Assembly: GCA_028023455.1 (NCBI GenBank)
Contig: JAQFVV010000001.1
Span: 4,340,001-4,404,000 of the forward strand
DNA: 64,000 nt
DNA from: Epiperipatus broadwayi
Lineage: Eukaryota > Animalia > Onychophora
Reading direction: 5' to 3'
Shown: positions 22,186 to 36,800 of the stretch, piece by piece
How the letters are laid out: each line of letters opens with the position of its first letter
Numbering within the stretch: the stretch's first letter is position 1
The notes under the pieces: generated by a model
Databases searched by the model: none
What the model saw: the letters and a program-made list of their open reading frames with translations, nothing else
Told to the model about the DNA's origin: nothing
Program-made: the position numbers and the translations under genes

Positions 22186-25100
22186 TTTGGACTGTTTAAC
22201 AAACAAAAAAAAAACATTTTATTACAAGAATTATGTAGTGGAAATCAAAAGGAAAGTACAGCTATTTACTCAGTTATAATCAACTTAATTAAGCAACAGT
22301 GATATTAAAACAATAACTACGAAGAAAAAATACAATTAAAATCAAGCTGTTGTCAGAATGAAATCTTGACAATAACTGGGCAAAAACAAACAAAAAAAAT
22401 TGGATATACGATAAGAAATCTTGAAAAATACTCGGGGGAAAAAAAAAATTAGATACAATAAAAATCATGTTTTGATATGACATCAGTTAACAACTTACCA
22501 AGATTTACTTGGATTTATTTGACCTAATCGCAATGTTAAACATTTAACAAAAGTTGCAACAGGTCTAATACGTGCTGTCTCACAGGATGAATATGTAAGT
22601 ACCTAATTTTCAAGTCGCTTTGGGTGTTTGGATATTTTATATATATATATTAATAAATAATATGAAATTTTTTTATTCCAATTTTTTATAAAAGTATTAT
22701 TTTAATAAAATTATTAATTTAATTAGATATAGGAACACTGCAATGTACAATTACAATATTGATTTTTTTCTTAATCTTGATCTGTGTAGTTATTAAATTT
22801 TTTTTATTTCTGAATCATATACACTTCTCTAAGGGTTGATAACTGTCACCATGACTTAGTGTCCAAAGAAAGATGAGAAAGTAAAATTTTTAGGTAGCTT
22901 TCATGTGTATTTTTCTATAGAAACCTTGCAGTCTTGGAAGTTTTAATTAGCATAAGGTATTAATTGTTTTTATTTCTAGCACAAGATAATTCAACTTAAA
23001 TACTGGATTTAGTGAGAGATTATGTAATAAAAAAATTATGAAGAATGTTTTGAAGTATCTGAAGCAATAAAAAAAGTTAGGAGAGGGAGTTTATTGTTGA
23101 TATAAAGGATAGAAATAGCTACAAGTCACTGAAAAATGATGACAGAATACCATGGGAGAAGTGTAGGATTGTTTGGAGTTTTTTTTTTCTTTTTGGCAAT
23201 TAATTAGTCAGAATTGTATGCATAATTATATATGGTCAATTGCTTGAGTATAACAGAGTGATGATGACTATCATTATTTAGCTACTTTGTTACCATGATA
23301 ATTATGAAAACTCATCAATATTTGATTGATAATCATTCATTCTCAAAATCTTTTTCTGAAATTAAAAGCATAATTTAAATTTTGATCAACTTTAAAATAT
23401 TCCACTATCATTCCTACCTTTTTTATGGAACTTTTTTTATATATTTTCTTTCATCATCATTAAAAACAAAATGTTTGATCAGTGTATTCATTTTAGATAT
23501 TATTAAAATTATTTAAAAATCAACTTGTGATGTTTATGTATATTTTAATTACTAGAGATTGATTATTTATTAATTCAAATCAACAAAGGATTAAAAAAAG
23601 GAGCAATATGGCTGTGAGACTAAGCCTGCAAGACATCTGTGATTGGCTAAAGTCTTTCAGTTTAATTATTCAGTAATATTAACTAGAATGTTTGCTAATT
23701 TGTTCTTTTGAGAATTATTATTATAAAAATCAAAAGAAAAAAATAAGTCTTTTGCAAAGTTTATTTTTTCTCATCTGTTATCTTGAAGGGGGCAGACATC
23801 AATTGAGGAATTATCTAAGATGAATAAATTAATCTAGCTAGGATTATCAGTAATTCACTATGATTTTGATTTTTCATTATTATAAAAATTATTACGTTAT
23901 TATTTTTATTAGCATTTTATTATTAATATGCTAAGTCTTTTAAATAAATCCTAGCTGTAATAATATTATTGTCCACATTATATGTACTATAAACAAATAT
24001 TTGATATTAACAGACCTCAAATTTTTTCAAAAGACTTAAGTTCATAGGTGTTAAATCATTAAAACATTTGAAATTAACTCTGCTAAACACCACTAAATAT
24101 TCAAAATTAATAGAAGCCTAAATTTTTACTTGCAAGTCATCTGTTTTCAAGCTATCCATTTCAGAGATGATAATAATAAAAAGTTTAATATCTTTTTTAA
24201 TGTTTGGGAAAAACTAAGTCTTATTTTTGACTAAGAAGAATATATACAGTAAAGAATAATGTACACAGTTATACTTAAAAATAAGTAAAATAATCCAATA
24301 CAGAACAAAAACTTCCTACAAGCATAGAGAAACATATATTTATATGTTTTTTAATAAATTAATTAAATTTTAACTTTGCCATACTTTCAAAAAGTATCTC
24401 ATGCATGCAGTATTTACTATTCATTGTTACAGTAAAATTCTGGTAATTTAAATAGTATCAATAAACCTATACAGTAACATTTCTAATACCATCAAAACTT
24501 TTTTAATTAAGATCCCCCCCCCCACACCCTTCAAAGCTCTAATATTCTTATTATTTTTATAAGAATGTTTTTTTTGTTTGTTAAATATTGATTGATCTTT
24601 TTAGGATGCTAAAGATAATCTATATATATATTTTTTACATTTGTCATTTCAGATATGTCTTAATATAAGATTGATTGAAAATAAAAATGTTAAATAATAT
24701 GTAAATCTTATCTCTAATAAGCATCTTGGAATACCAAGATCATTGCTTTATAATGAATTTTGAAATCATATACTGTAAAGATTTTTGCTATAAACTGTAT
24801 ACAAATCAATAATAAATTCAATGAAGGATCATAGGGTTTTTAATTACTTTCCACCATGAATCTAGGGTCATTGTTTTTATTCAGCCAAACATTTAGCATA
24901 TACTTTGTAAATGTTTAGTGGTCATCAATTATAAATATTATCCATGATAAAAATTACACTATCAGAAAGATCTATGGATTGTTTAATTACCACATTTCCT
25001 ATTACCACTAAAAAAAAAAAATACTTTGAAAAAATATATGTAAAATTTTAACTTGGGCTAATATTACAGTGTTTCCAATGATCTAATAAAATCCACAATT

Positions 25101-25216
25101 TTTTTTACTTTTTATTATTGTACATGTAGATAGAAAAAGTAAAGCTTTTTTCTTCTATGATTTTTTTTTAAAATTGAGATAAAAAAATCCAAAAAAAAAT
25201 AAAAATAAATTAATTA

Positions 25217-25905
25217 TATGAACTATTTCTATCATCAAGTTTAATTTTTAAATATTTTTAGGAAAAAAATCAAAGTTTATTTTACACTTTTCCAAATGTA
25301 GTAATAATGTATAGATTGATATATATACACCACATTTTGAGTGGGTATTATTTTTTTGTCTTCAGATGTTGTTAGCCTGATCAATGACAATATTAGTGTG
25401 GAAATTGAATGAGTGATCTTTAGATTCATTGATACTAAATTTGAAGTAATTCTGCCAAAGCTTAATTGATTAAAGCATCACTTTTAATTAACATTCATGA
25501 ATTTAAAGATCATCAATTTGATTTCTATGCTAATATTATTATTGGTCAGATTAGAAATAACTAAAAAAGAAAGTTGAATAATATGACTAATCTGTGTATT
25601 TAAATACAAATATAATGTATATCCTTAACTTTAGATGTAATTAAAGATTTGAACACAGATTTTCAAACTCCTCTCAGCTATCCATTTATCTTTTTCGCAT
25701 ATATGTGATCATATGTATCGGTTATATAAGATGGAGTGGATACCTGAAGGGAGTTTGAAAGTCTCTGTTCAAATCCCCTCAATTTATAATTAACCTGTGT
25801 ATTAGTTTTAGCAATTGAACATATTTGAAAAAATATAAATAAAGTTTTGAAAAATTTTTCTAAAATCTTTTAACAAATAAACTAGATGATAGGAATAGTC
25901 CAACA
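25217..25905. mobile_element. Member of the TGTTGGAYTATTTCCATC-ended TIR family with an internal palindrome
   Basis: Ends ATGAACTATTTCTATCATC / GATGATAGGAATAGTCCAACA; inner arms TTGAACACAGATTTTCAAACTCCTCTCAGCTATCCA / TGGATACCTGAAGGGAGTTTGAAAGTCTCTGTTCAA. Confidence 0.65.
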
Positions 25906-28900
25906 TTAAACACCATTATCACTAACTTTTGGACAAATATTAAACAAAATGTATTAAAAGTTTTATTTAATTTTTAATATATTTTATCCATTGAATGCAT
26001 TAGAAATGAGCATAAAGAATGCATTTAACTTTGATCTTATTTTAATGCCGATTTGTTTGGCTATTAAAAATGATTTTTCAGAATTATAGTTAATTGAGAA
26101 AAACTGATATTGAACATATTATCATCAAATTCAATTAAATAACTAAAATATTAGATTAATATTTTATTCATAACCCCTAATAAGTATTAAACTAGCATAT
26201 TACAATTTTATTGATAGTTAATAATGATTCATTTTAACCTAATATATAATTAATCTAAAAGTTATGGTGCTTTAAAAAACTACATATATAAATTGTTTTA
26301 AATCTATATTTATATTTTAGTCAAGTAGAAAATTATCACAAATGCACAAATGTTATACATTTCTTACCATGTTATCACTTGCAGTTTGAACCTAGATTGA
26401 ATGCAGCTTATTAAAATGTGTGTTAATTGCAATTTAGCACAAAATTAAAATGTTAGAACTAAAATTTCAGAATTAATACTCGGCTGATTAATGTAAATAA
26501 AAAAATCTCAGATCACTTTATTAAATGGAATTGTTGTGCTCTAGCTGTTACAACAATGCTCTAACTTCACATGATCTTCTAAGCAACTAACCATATGATT
26601 TTTTTAATATAATGTTAAATTTAAATACATTCCTATATGTGTGATAATAGTAATTTTTGGGTCTCTGGTGTTTGTATGTTTAGTTAAAGATTAGGTTGCC
26701 AAATTTTATGCAGCGGTAAACATTTATGTCAAACAACTATCACAATCTGATTCTGTATCATGATAATAAATTTTATATAAATAGAATGTCTGTTGGGGTG
26801 ATGTTTATGAATGGGTGCACTGTTTTAAAATGTTATCATCAGCTTTATTTATAAAGAGAGCATCATAGCATAACAGATGGTTGATAATATAAGGCAATCA
26901 TTCAATTACCCACATTTATAATCTATACCTTTACAATCTTACCAAGGTTTTAAACTCAAGAAAAGCACAACTATTACTATCATTAAAACATCAAAGATTT
27001 ACCCGAGAAAAAAAAATAGTACCAATGCTTTTTAATATGATATAATGTAAATGATATAAATTGCAAGTATTATATGAAATTTTTGACCTTTTTAAAAACT
27101 TTCTTGCCAACAGACAATTCATTCAAACAATTAAGCATTTAAAATTTATCAAAAAAACTGAACTTTTAGCTTAATTTAAAATGCTGATTGCTATCTGTTT
27201 TATCAAAATTTATCTGAAAATTTATAGATATCTTTTTTTGATAGCTTATGCTTCTACTTCAACATCAAAATATAACCTTTATCTTATGAACTTATCATTA
27301 ATGATAATGTTACATCTTGAAGTATATTCTTGTTATTAAGACAAATAAAATCACTTCATTTTGGACATTTAGAACTTTTGCAATTACAACTTTTCTTTTT
27401 AAAATAAGCAGATTGTTGGTTTCTATAAATTCAATTAATAAATGACCTAAATGCTATTGTAAAATTCATTACCATAAAATAAATTCCAGTTTTTACTTTA
27501 AAATCTTTTATCAATATTTTAAATAGAAATTATTACTATCAATTATCTTTTGATATCTTCATAAATTTCTTTAATATTCCCATCAGATTACTAAAAGTTG
27601 GAACATACATTTGTACTAAGTTATATATTATATTTAACTATAGTCTTAAGTAAGATATAGTTAATCCATCAGAAATGGAATATATGTTAATAATTCTTTC
27701 TATTGGTTATTAATAATAAATCTTATGCTCCTCTTTTTATCAGTAATAGTTTTATAATACTCATGCTGATCTCCATTGATCATTTATTGCAAACTTATAA
27801 GATCACAATCAAGTACTAGCAAAACTTCATGAGAAAATTTCTTGCATCTCTAAGAAAACTTATTAAATATAATTATTTACAATGTTTTAAGCTTACAAAA
27901 ATCTATAAAATGCAATTAGCTGATCATTTTATGATAAAGTGAGAATGAAACTGATGTACTTTATTAATAATTATTATTATTATTTTATAATTAGCAATAA
28001 TAATGAGTAATTTTTTATTTAAGTTTTGCATACACAAATGACTTATTTACAGAAAAAATAAAATAAAACCATTTTTTAAAACACTGTCTTTTTTCAGTTT
28101 TTTATGTTTTATAACTTCTTCCTTGATCAACTCAAAAAAAAAAAAGGTGCTAGTTGAAGTGAGTGGAAATTGGTTATATTTTTTCCAATAATTTGAAATA
28201 TTTGTATTAAGAGCTAAAATTTGCTTTATTCATACTTTAGTCCACTGTCAAATATTATAATCTTGATGCTAGTTTCAAATACAAGTCTATTTTCTGACTA
28301 TTGATCTGTGATTCAAATTTATAAAATTTTAAACCCAAGATAACTTAATAGTATAATTATACATCTTAAAGTAGCTGTGACTAATATTTATGCTTAATGC
28401 ACAAATGGTATAATTTTAACCAAATATCCTATAATCATTAATCATTCTTTATTAGATTAGAAATTATTACATTTCTTCTTCTTTTTTAATCTTAGATATC
28501 AACTTTAAATTTTGATAAAGATTAAATGTACTTACTACTTTTTATAAATTAGTTTGAGAATTTTTCTCTTTTTAATTGTTTAATTATTTTTCTATTTATC
28601 ACTACTGTTGAAACGTATGGTTACAATAATAAGAGGGGGGGGGCATGTTAATGGTTCTGTGCAAATTGACCCATACAACTATCCTCAATTAGGCTAAATC
28701 TTTTATTCCAATAGTTATCAACCATTATATTTATTTATATCAGTTCATATCAACTGAAAGTCAAGTGAAATAGAAAAAATATATGAATTAAAATGATAAG
28801 AAGTGCGTTGGTAGTTTTGATATTACATTTAAAAGGAATATACATTTACATTTAAAAAAAAATCAATATACATATATATTGCCACATGTTTTGTCTTTCA

Positions 28901-28959
28901 GTTTTGAAACATGAATTTTAAGTCTAAAGGTGAAACAGAGTATATAAAGAACAATGATG

Positions 28960-29110
28960 GGAATAACAAGGAGGAAAGAAAAAGAAATATATGATTGGAA
29001 TCCCAAATTGGTAAAAATGAAAGAGGGCAAAAATTAAATTGAAAGATGTGATAGACACATAGCAAAAATAAACAAAAGGGACTAAGATAGTTTATGACTG
29101 TATATTAAGA
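28960..29110 (+). mobile_element. Old RTE 3' fragment
   Basis: Translates in part to MMGITRRKEK..., like the MLGVTRRDRK motif of the intact RTE; very degenerate. Confidence 0.35.
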
Positions 29111-32100
29111 GGTAAGCATTCTTGAAAAATATTTTAAGGCAGATGATCAAATTGGGTTTTCTGGATTATTATAAAAAAGAAAAGTGTTTAAACCTTGTGG
29201 AATAATTCTAGAAAGAAAAGATCTCATGGCACATAGTGATTAATGAAATTGTTTGTCATTCCGTAATATGCAGTTGAATATAGACTACTTGATTTTTTTT
29301 TTTTATATCACAATTTTTACTGAAAATTGTTTTATAATTAATTCAATTAGATTTAGGCTCAATGCTTGTAAGATTATGGTTTTTTATAATCTTATAAGCA
29401 ACAAACTCATGGTTTATCATTAATATTTATCGGAAATAAGTCATTACCCCTGTAATAACATGTCATTGTCTGATTATAGTAATGAAATCAGATGTTTTTA
29501 GTTTCAATCACTTTATATTACCATTTCAGTCACATTTGCCTAGCTGTATTCTTTTTTTTTTCTCTATTTATTTTGAAGCTTTCTTTGTATACATTCTTCT
29601 GTGTTTTTGCTTTTCAATTTTTTTATTTCTACAAGTAATTCAAGATTCTGGCTCTTCCATTTTTTTTTATATTTAGCTATCATTGCATAATTGCTTTTTT
29701 AATATTGTATTTAACATTATTTTAGAAAATAAAATTATAATATTTTTCAGTTTTCAGTTCATTAATCAATTTCTTTTTTATTTTCATTGAAATTGGTTGT
29801 AATTTTATTTATATTTTATTTGATCTTAATTAGGTATATATTATCTTGAAATTTTTTTAAAAATATAGTTTTTAAAAAGAACTTTTAACATCTATATTGT
29901 TATTGTTTATAATTTTATAAACAGTAATCACATGCTATGTTTTAGCATTTTATTGAGAGAAAAGAAAAAAACTACTTAAATATTAATATATTTAAAATAT
30001 TTTCAATATATACAGAATATTCTCTTTTCATGATAAGGAATTTAGCTTGGTCAGTATATTTTCTGAATTAAAATAATGTCTTGTCTCTGATAGTAAATAT
30101 TAGATTACTTGTAACTAAAATATATGTGTGTAGATATGATGTGACAATGTTTATAGATATTTAGAATCTATCTCAACCATTACTGATACTTCATTGCATG
30201 AATATATATATATAATTAGTGTCAAATAGTATCTATTTGCATATAAATAGTTACTTGTTAATTTTATAAATACTAGTTTATAAAATCATTGTTGAATTAT
30301 TTTGAATGAAGTGATATATATATATTTTAGTGTAGTAGAATTTATTTATTTTTCCTATTATTGAAAAAAAAAAATTGACTGGAAAGGAATATGTTGCTTA
30401 TTTGTTTTGACATTATAATATCATTAAATCAGAAAAGTATTTTGGATTTTCATCACTGATGTCATTGAACCAAAATTTGACATATCTGCTTTCATTTGCA
30501 GCTGCCACTCTTTTTTCATATTCTGTGGGGGGGGATGCTGAAAAGACTGAATTCAACAATAGTTGTTACATAGTAGTTTGTTAGTTATTAGAAATGTTGA
30601 GAATCACAAAATATTTAATTGATCTGCAAAATACTTACATATGAAAGTACACTTAATAAAAGACAAAAAAGAAAATGCAACTATGAAAGTTCATTTACTC
30701 CCATTTATTAGTTTATTCTTTGATCAAACATTAAAACATGATCTCTTCTCATTAGGTTTTTTTTTGACTAATTTTATGAAAATTACTGCAGAAGTCAACA
30801 TTATTCGTTTCATTAGAAAGGCTGAATCTTTTTTAAAGTTTATTCTTGAAAAAGCATGGATATTTGAAAGAAGAAGAGCGTAAAATTGAAATTATCAACA
30901 GTTTGAAAAACAAAGATTACAACAAGCTAGGAAATTAATTGAAGACTCCTATATTGGTTTCAATTATTTGGAATAATATTTTTGAGGAAATAAATAAAAA
31001 AAAATGACTCCATGCATCTAGTATACCTAATATTAAATATTTGATTTTGAAACAGGATAAATAATGGCATATTTTCTTAGTGTACAACCAAAAATTTGCT
31101 TTTCAGCAATTTAATATTTTCTAGATATTTTGTTTGACAAATGCATTATTAGAATTTGCATTCTAACTTCAAGATAATACATAATATTTTTGAAGACAGA
31201 ACATTGACTTTTAATATCTTTGAAAGAAAGATATGATGATCACCATTTTCAAGATGTACTAAGCAAAATGCAAGAATGATTTAAAGTAGAGCAGATGTGT
31301 ATATATACTATACAGTTACAGAAATACAAATTTAGAAGTTAGCTAAATACAAACATACCAATATTGTTTTACTCTAGGAAGTCTATCAGTGAGAAGGCAA
31401 GTTTATGAATAGATGCCCTTTTTTAATAGTAAGCTAAATGCATTTAATTTAAATGATTGTATCAGTTTTTGTAGAAACTTTTTAAAATAATTTTATATAG
31501 ACATAATGTATATGAATAAAACATTTAATTTTAACAAAATATTCTTGTCCAAATTAAATGATTGTAGATGTAATATGTATAGAATTGGAAACTATGTATA
31601 TAGCAGAAAACTATTTTGATTACATCTTCCTTAAATCCTTTTGAAATGGTTATTGGCCTGCTATATTCCCCTACTATGTATTTTGAAGCTGAACAGAAAC
31701 TTATTTATCCAAAAAATATGTTGGTATTATATAAGAATAGTATAACAAACAACTGACATTTTAATGGACTGCAACAAACTTTTCTTGCTTAAATTGTAAA
31801 AATGCCTAATTGTGTGAGATAAATAAGTAAGATGTTGATTATTATCAATATTATTTACTAAAAGATTTTAAAAATAGTTAAACAACAATTGCAGCAAGAA
31901 AGAACTTAATTAGTCAAAATGTAATTGTTACTGTTGTGTGATTACATATTTATATTACATAATATCTTTCAAGACTGATTGTATAAATGTTTATTGCGGA
32001 TATTATATATAGAATTATTTATGTTGTACTTTAATTTTAAACATAAGTTTTAAGCTTAAACATATCAATGCTTAATGCATCAGTTGGTACAAATAAGTAG

Positions 32101-32825
32101 ATTTCAGCCAAAAGTTGTTGAAAACAATGGCATATTGTTATTGAATTTTTGCACAATACATGTTTCAGTAGTGTAATAATCATAGATACAAATTACCAAT
32201 TTTATTATTTAATAGCTATTAAAATTTAATATGTATAGTTAGATTTTTAAAGAATGAACATCAGTTTTGTTGTGAATATGATTGAAATAAAATCTTTTTT
32301 TTTTTAAATGCATTTATCATTTTAATCTTTGAGAATGTTTATCTATGATCCATCCAACAAATCTGCATTTTGTAAGTGCTTGCATAATATGAACTTGTAT
32401 TCTGACTTTAAATTATAATATAATCTATGAAATGCCATTGTTTTAAGTGCAAATGTATCCCATGATTTTGATTTTATAGTCTATCTATGTATTGTGCAAA
32501 AATTCATTAACAATATGTCATTGTTTTCAACTACTTTTGGCTGTGAAATCTATTTGTACCAACTTGTGCATTAAAGTTACCAAGGGGGGGGGGGATCTTT
32601 TATTGGTACTGCTGTAATAATGTCATCCAGCAAGGAATAAAATCTTTATTTTTGAAGTCTCTAATTTAAGGTTTGAACATAAGCACTAATAAAATGATCA
32701 CCAGTACTATTGTGCAAAGCAAGCTTTAATATCATTAGCCTTTTATTAAAGCAAAGAGGAATTCCAAAATAAAAAAATTCTAAATTAGGTTTTACAAAAT
32801 TCTAACATTCTGTATTTTTCTTTCA

Positions 32826-33860
32826 AAAACATCACATGATCACCATTTCATATGCTTACACATGCTATTAATGAGTATCAAATTCTCCATACAGTAGTAC
32901 AACTAAGTGCAACTCTTTGCAGTTAATGGATGCAGGTAGGTTTGTGCATAAAATCCCTATCTAGTGCCTACTCATCCAGACTAGTTTTTAGCTTGTGGCT
33001 TTTATCAGGCTTGTAACTTCATGTATACGCATATGAAATCGTGATCATGTGATGTTTTAATGATTTTATACCTATCCTGCCCCTAGAATAATAGTGACTT
33101 TTGATTTTTGAAAAACCAAAGATACCAAAATGTATAGATGCTGAACTGAGTTTAGATCTATATGACTATACAAGTGAATGAGCTTGGGTTGGAAACATGA
33201 TGGTGTTTTCATCTTGGCATCATAGCTTTATAGTTAATCAAATAGATAAAAGGCGGCTGCTGGAGAGTTGCATTAGATCCTAAGATCTAGATACAGTACT
33301 CTTAAATTTAAAGCTGCTCACTGATGAAGGCTAGAAACTAGTCTGCAGATGAGTGAACACTAGATAGGGATGTTATGCATAAACCTTCCTATACAAACAA
33401 AAGCTTGCACTTGAGAGTTTGGTACTCTTATTAACAACATGTGTATGCATATGAAATGGTGATCATGTGATGTTTTAAATGGTTTTACACTTATCCTGCC
33501 CACAGGATAATGGTGACTGGTTTTTGAAAAACCAAAGACAGCAAAGATAGATGCTGAACTGAGTTCAAATCTATATGACTATACAAATGAATGAGCTTGG
33601 GTTGGAAACATCTTGGGATCTCAGATTTATAGTTTATCAAATAGGTAAAAGGTGACTTCTGGAGCATTGCATTAGATCCTAAGATCTAGGTGCAGTGCTC
33701 TCAAACCAATAACTGCTGATTGATGTAAGCCACAAGCTAGAAACTAGTCAGGGGCTGTTGTATGAGTAGGCACACTAGATAGGGATTTTATGCACAAACC
33801 TTCCTGAATCAATTGATTACAAAGACTTGCCCTGGGTGGCATTACTATATGGAGAGTTTG
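32826..33860 (+). mobile_element. Hammerhead repeat locus A: inverted partial unit (32826-33008) + ~2 forward units; retrozyme/PLE-pLTR-like
   Basis: Unit marker CATATGAAAT.GTGATCATGTGATGTTTT at 33030 and 33448 (period 418). HHR motifs at 32979-33008 (-), 33321-33343 and 33720-33749 (+). Flanking direct repeat GTATTTTTCTTTCA / GTATTCTTCTTTCA. Confidence 0.85.
33300..33365 (+). ncRNA. Minimal type I hammerhead motif A1 (core intact, stem II partly deleted)
   Basis: CTGATGA-AGGCTA-GAAA-CTAGTC: both core boxes and the GUC triplet are intact, but 7 nt of stem II are missing relative to other copies. Activity doubtful. Confidence 0.55.
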
Positions 33861-36800
33861 GTATTCTTCTTTCACTGATTGATCTGCCAGTCTAAAAACA
33901 CTTGCATCCAACTATTTTTATTAAACTTCTTTGTTCTGGAAGATGAAGTTTCACTAAGAAAAGCTCTTTAGCCACCAATGAAGTCTTCTTTCTAGTCTTG
34001 AAAAGTTTGTGTTAAGTAAAGTTGCATATTCCATGTACATTATTTAGGGGAAAAATAGATTTATAATACTTTTTTTTTAATTCTACCATTGTCTCTCACT
34101 TTACCACTCCTAATGATATTGTTGTTATCATTATAATGAGTAATCTGTTAGTCATGACAATCTATCCAGGCTTAGTGAGACAGGCCATTATTAGACCACA
34201 TTTTATAGGTCCTTTCCACTTCCATTATAAGCAGATGATCCCTACCAAAACAGGCAATCTTTTTCAGTTAGAACTCCTATTCCAAATTCCGATCCAAGCT
34301 GACTCATTGATGACTGCCAGTTTAATAAGGTAATCCCCAACATTGCTTTTTTTACTTCTAAAAGCTTGAACAAAAGAAAAAATGAAAAAGGGAATTGGAA
34401 TAAATAAAGCTATAAATTTAAAGAATGGAAATGTGATTGCATAAATGCAATTCCATTGTCACTGCTAGTATATGGAGAAGATTGATGGCACTAGGCTGTA
34501 AACTGACTTAAGTGACTGAAGAAGGAATAGAGTTAGTCAGTTAAAGACTTTGTATTGGTAACTATATCTAGCTTTTAATGAATCAACAGCCTATTTTATA
34601 AAGCAGTTTTTCTTGATTGAGCACTTTATTTATTATTTACAATTGATCTTCATATCTGAAGGTCATTCCATTATCTGTCAACAAACAGCTTAAATTTATG
34701 AAACATTATTGTTCACAATTTTTATAATCCAACAAGATCTGATTTATTATTCTCTAAAGAGAATAAAAATTAATTCCCATATTTATATATTCTTATGAAA
34801 TATGAAGGACCCACATAACTCCAATTACATATATAGATGCTTGTAAAAGTTATGTATAACATGTTCCTTTGTAAAATAAAAAACTAATGCTGATTATAAA
34901 CCATTTTGAATTTTATCAAAGTTTGTTTATGCATAATAATATATATTTTATCTATATATTAATTTAAATTTGTATATATATAGTATCTAGATATATTTAG
35001 TACAAAGTTTCATTATTATTAATTTTGTTTGCTATAATTGTTGTTTGACAATTGAATTTTAACAAAAAAAAATTCAAAAGAAATATGTTGTAAATACTTT
35101 ACTTTGTCTTTTGGAATTATTACCAATACATGTTAATGTGAATATCAGTCAGAAAAAAAAAAAGCCACAATGATTTATTAAATAGAATTTTTATGTCAGT
35201 TATTATTATTTATCGATGCTGAATAATAGTGACAAATAATAAACATATGGATAGCAAACAAACACATTTTAATATCAAAAGTATTTATATAAGAATAATT
35301 GCAAATTCTATAGTATAAATATGTCTAATATAATTTTTTTTATTGCTTAATTATAAGTTAATAATACCTACATATTTGGTACCTACATATTTGTAGTTAC
35401 ATTTGATAAAGGCTTGTAAATTATTATTATATATGCTAGTTTATTATTATTTATATATATGATTAGTTAATTGCATACTACAATCTTTTACCACTAGCTT
35501 TGGCTTCTTTTGGATAGGTGGGTTTAGTTTGTAAATAGCAATCAAAGATTGGTTTGGGAGTCTCCAGAAACAATCATATCTATAAATATTAAAGTAATTA
35601 ATAAATGTAACATGGATTAATGCAGAATATTAAGACATTAGTAATCATATATAGTATTAAAGTGATAGATTCTAGAGCTTGCAGTCCATAGATCATGGTT
35701 TTGCTCTACTTTTAGTGCTCAGATCTGTTATGAATTCCATGGGCAATAAATCATTCAGTTCATTTTGGGTGTAATCTCACCATTATGAATATATCATTAT
35801 GAATATGATATATTGAATATATTGCTAGGCAGTAATAAAGCTGAATATTAAAAAAACTACCTTTTCTGTGAATATAAATTTTAATATTTCTAAATTAAGG
35901 TCTTTCAATAACTATCATGTTACAATGAAAGGATCTTAATTACTCTGATATTTAGTAAGTGCTTAAGTAAAATACTTAAAATTTAAATACTGATTATTGT
36001 TAAATAAATTATATACTATTACAATAATTATATTTTTAAAACATTTTGTAAAATTTGTGTTAAAGAAATATCATGTTTTAAAAATATTTATATTTATAAT
36101 TGTGTATAGATGTTATATATACATACCTACATCATTACATTTAAATAAAACCATGGTATGGATAAATACATTCTATTTATTTATTTTTGAACTAGATAAT
36201 TCTCTAGAGTCAAGAAGTTCAACTAATTTATAATATAAATCGTTACTTTAAAGTGATTTGAAGGTTAGATAATTTTAGAATATTTTTTTTTGTCATAAAA
36301 AAAATTGATTACTCACAAGCATCCATATATATAAATGGCAAACCTAAAAGTTTTGTTATTGTTTAATTATCTTGTTAATGTATGAATAGTTAGAATTTAT
36401 TTATTGGTGAAATCTTTATTATAATTTTAAATAACCTTAATATTATAAAAACAAAGTTGTGTTTATTATTTTATAATAAATTATCAATATATATATATGC
36501 AATTCTTTTTATTTGTTGCAACAATAAAAGATTTAAATTGACTAATATATATATGATATCCAAATATTTTTTTTCCAAATATAAAAACATATATAAAATA
36601 TTTAAAATAAATTTGATATCTGCAATAGATGAATTTGCATATATTAATTAAGTGATGTAACTCTATACATGGTTTTCCATAATAGGAATCATGTTTATTT
36701 AAATTAGCCTGAACCTGAAGTGGAAATATAGATGACATCAAGGTATAAAAGTAGTCATTAAATAATTTATTATGAATTCTTTGATTATTATTATTATTAT

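Noticed and set aside
33900-34345. Possible LTR-element integrase C-terminus on the minus strand (NVGDYL..KWKGP)
   Set aside because: Only two short motifs amid many stops; cannot be assigned.
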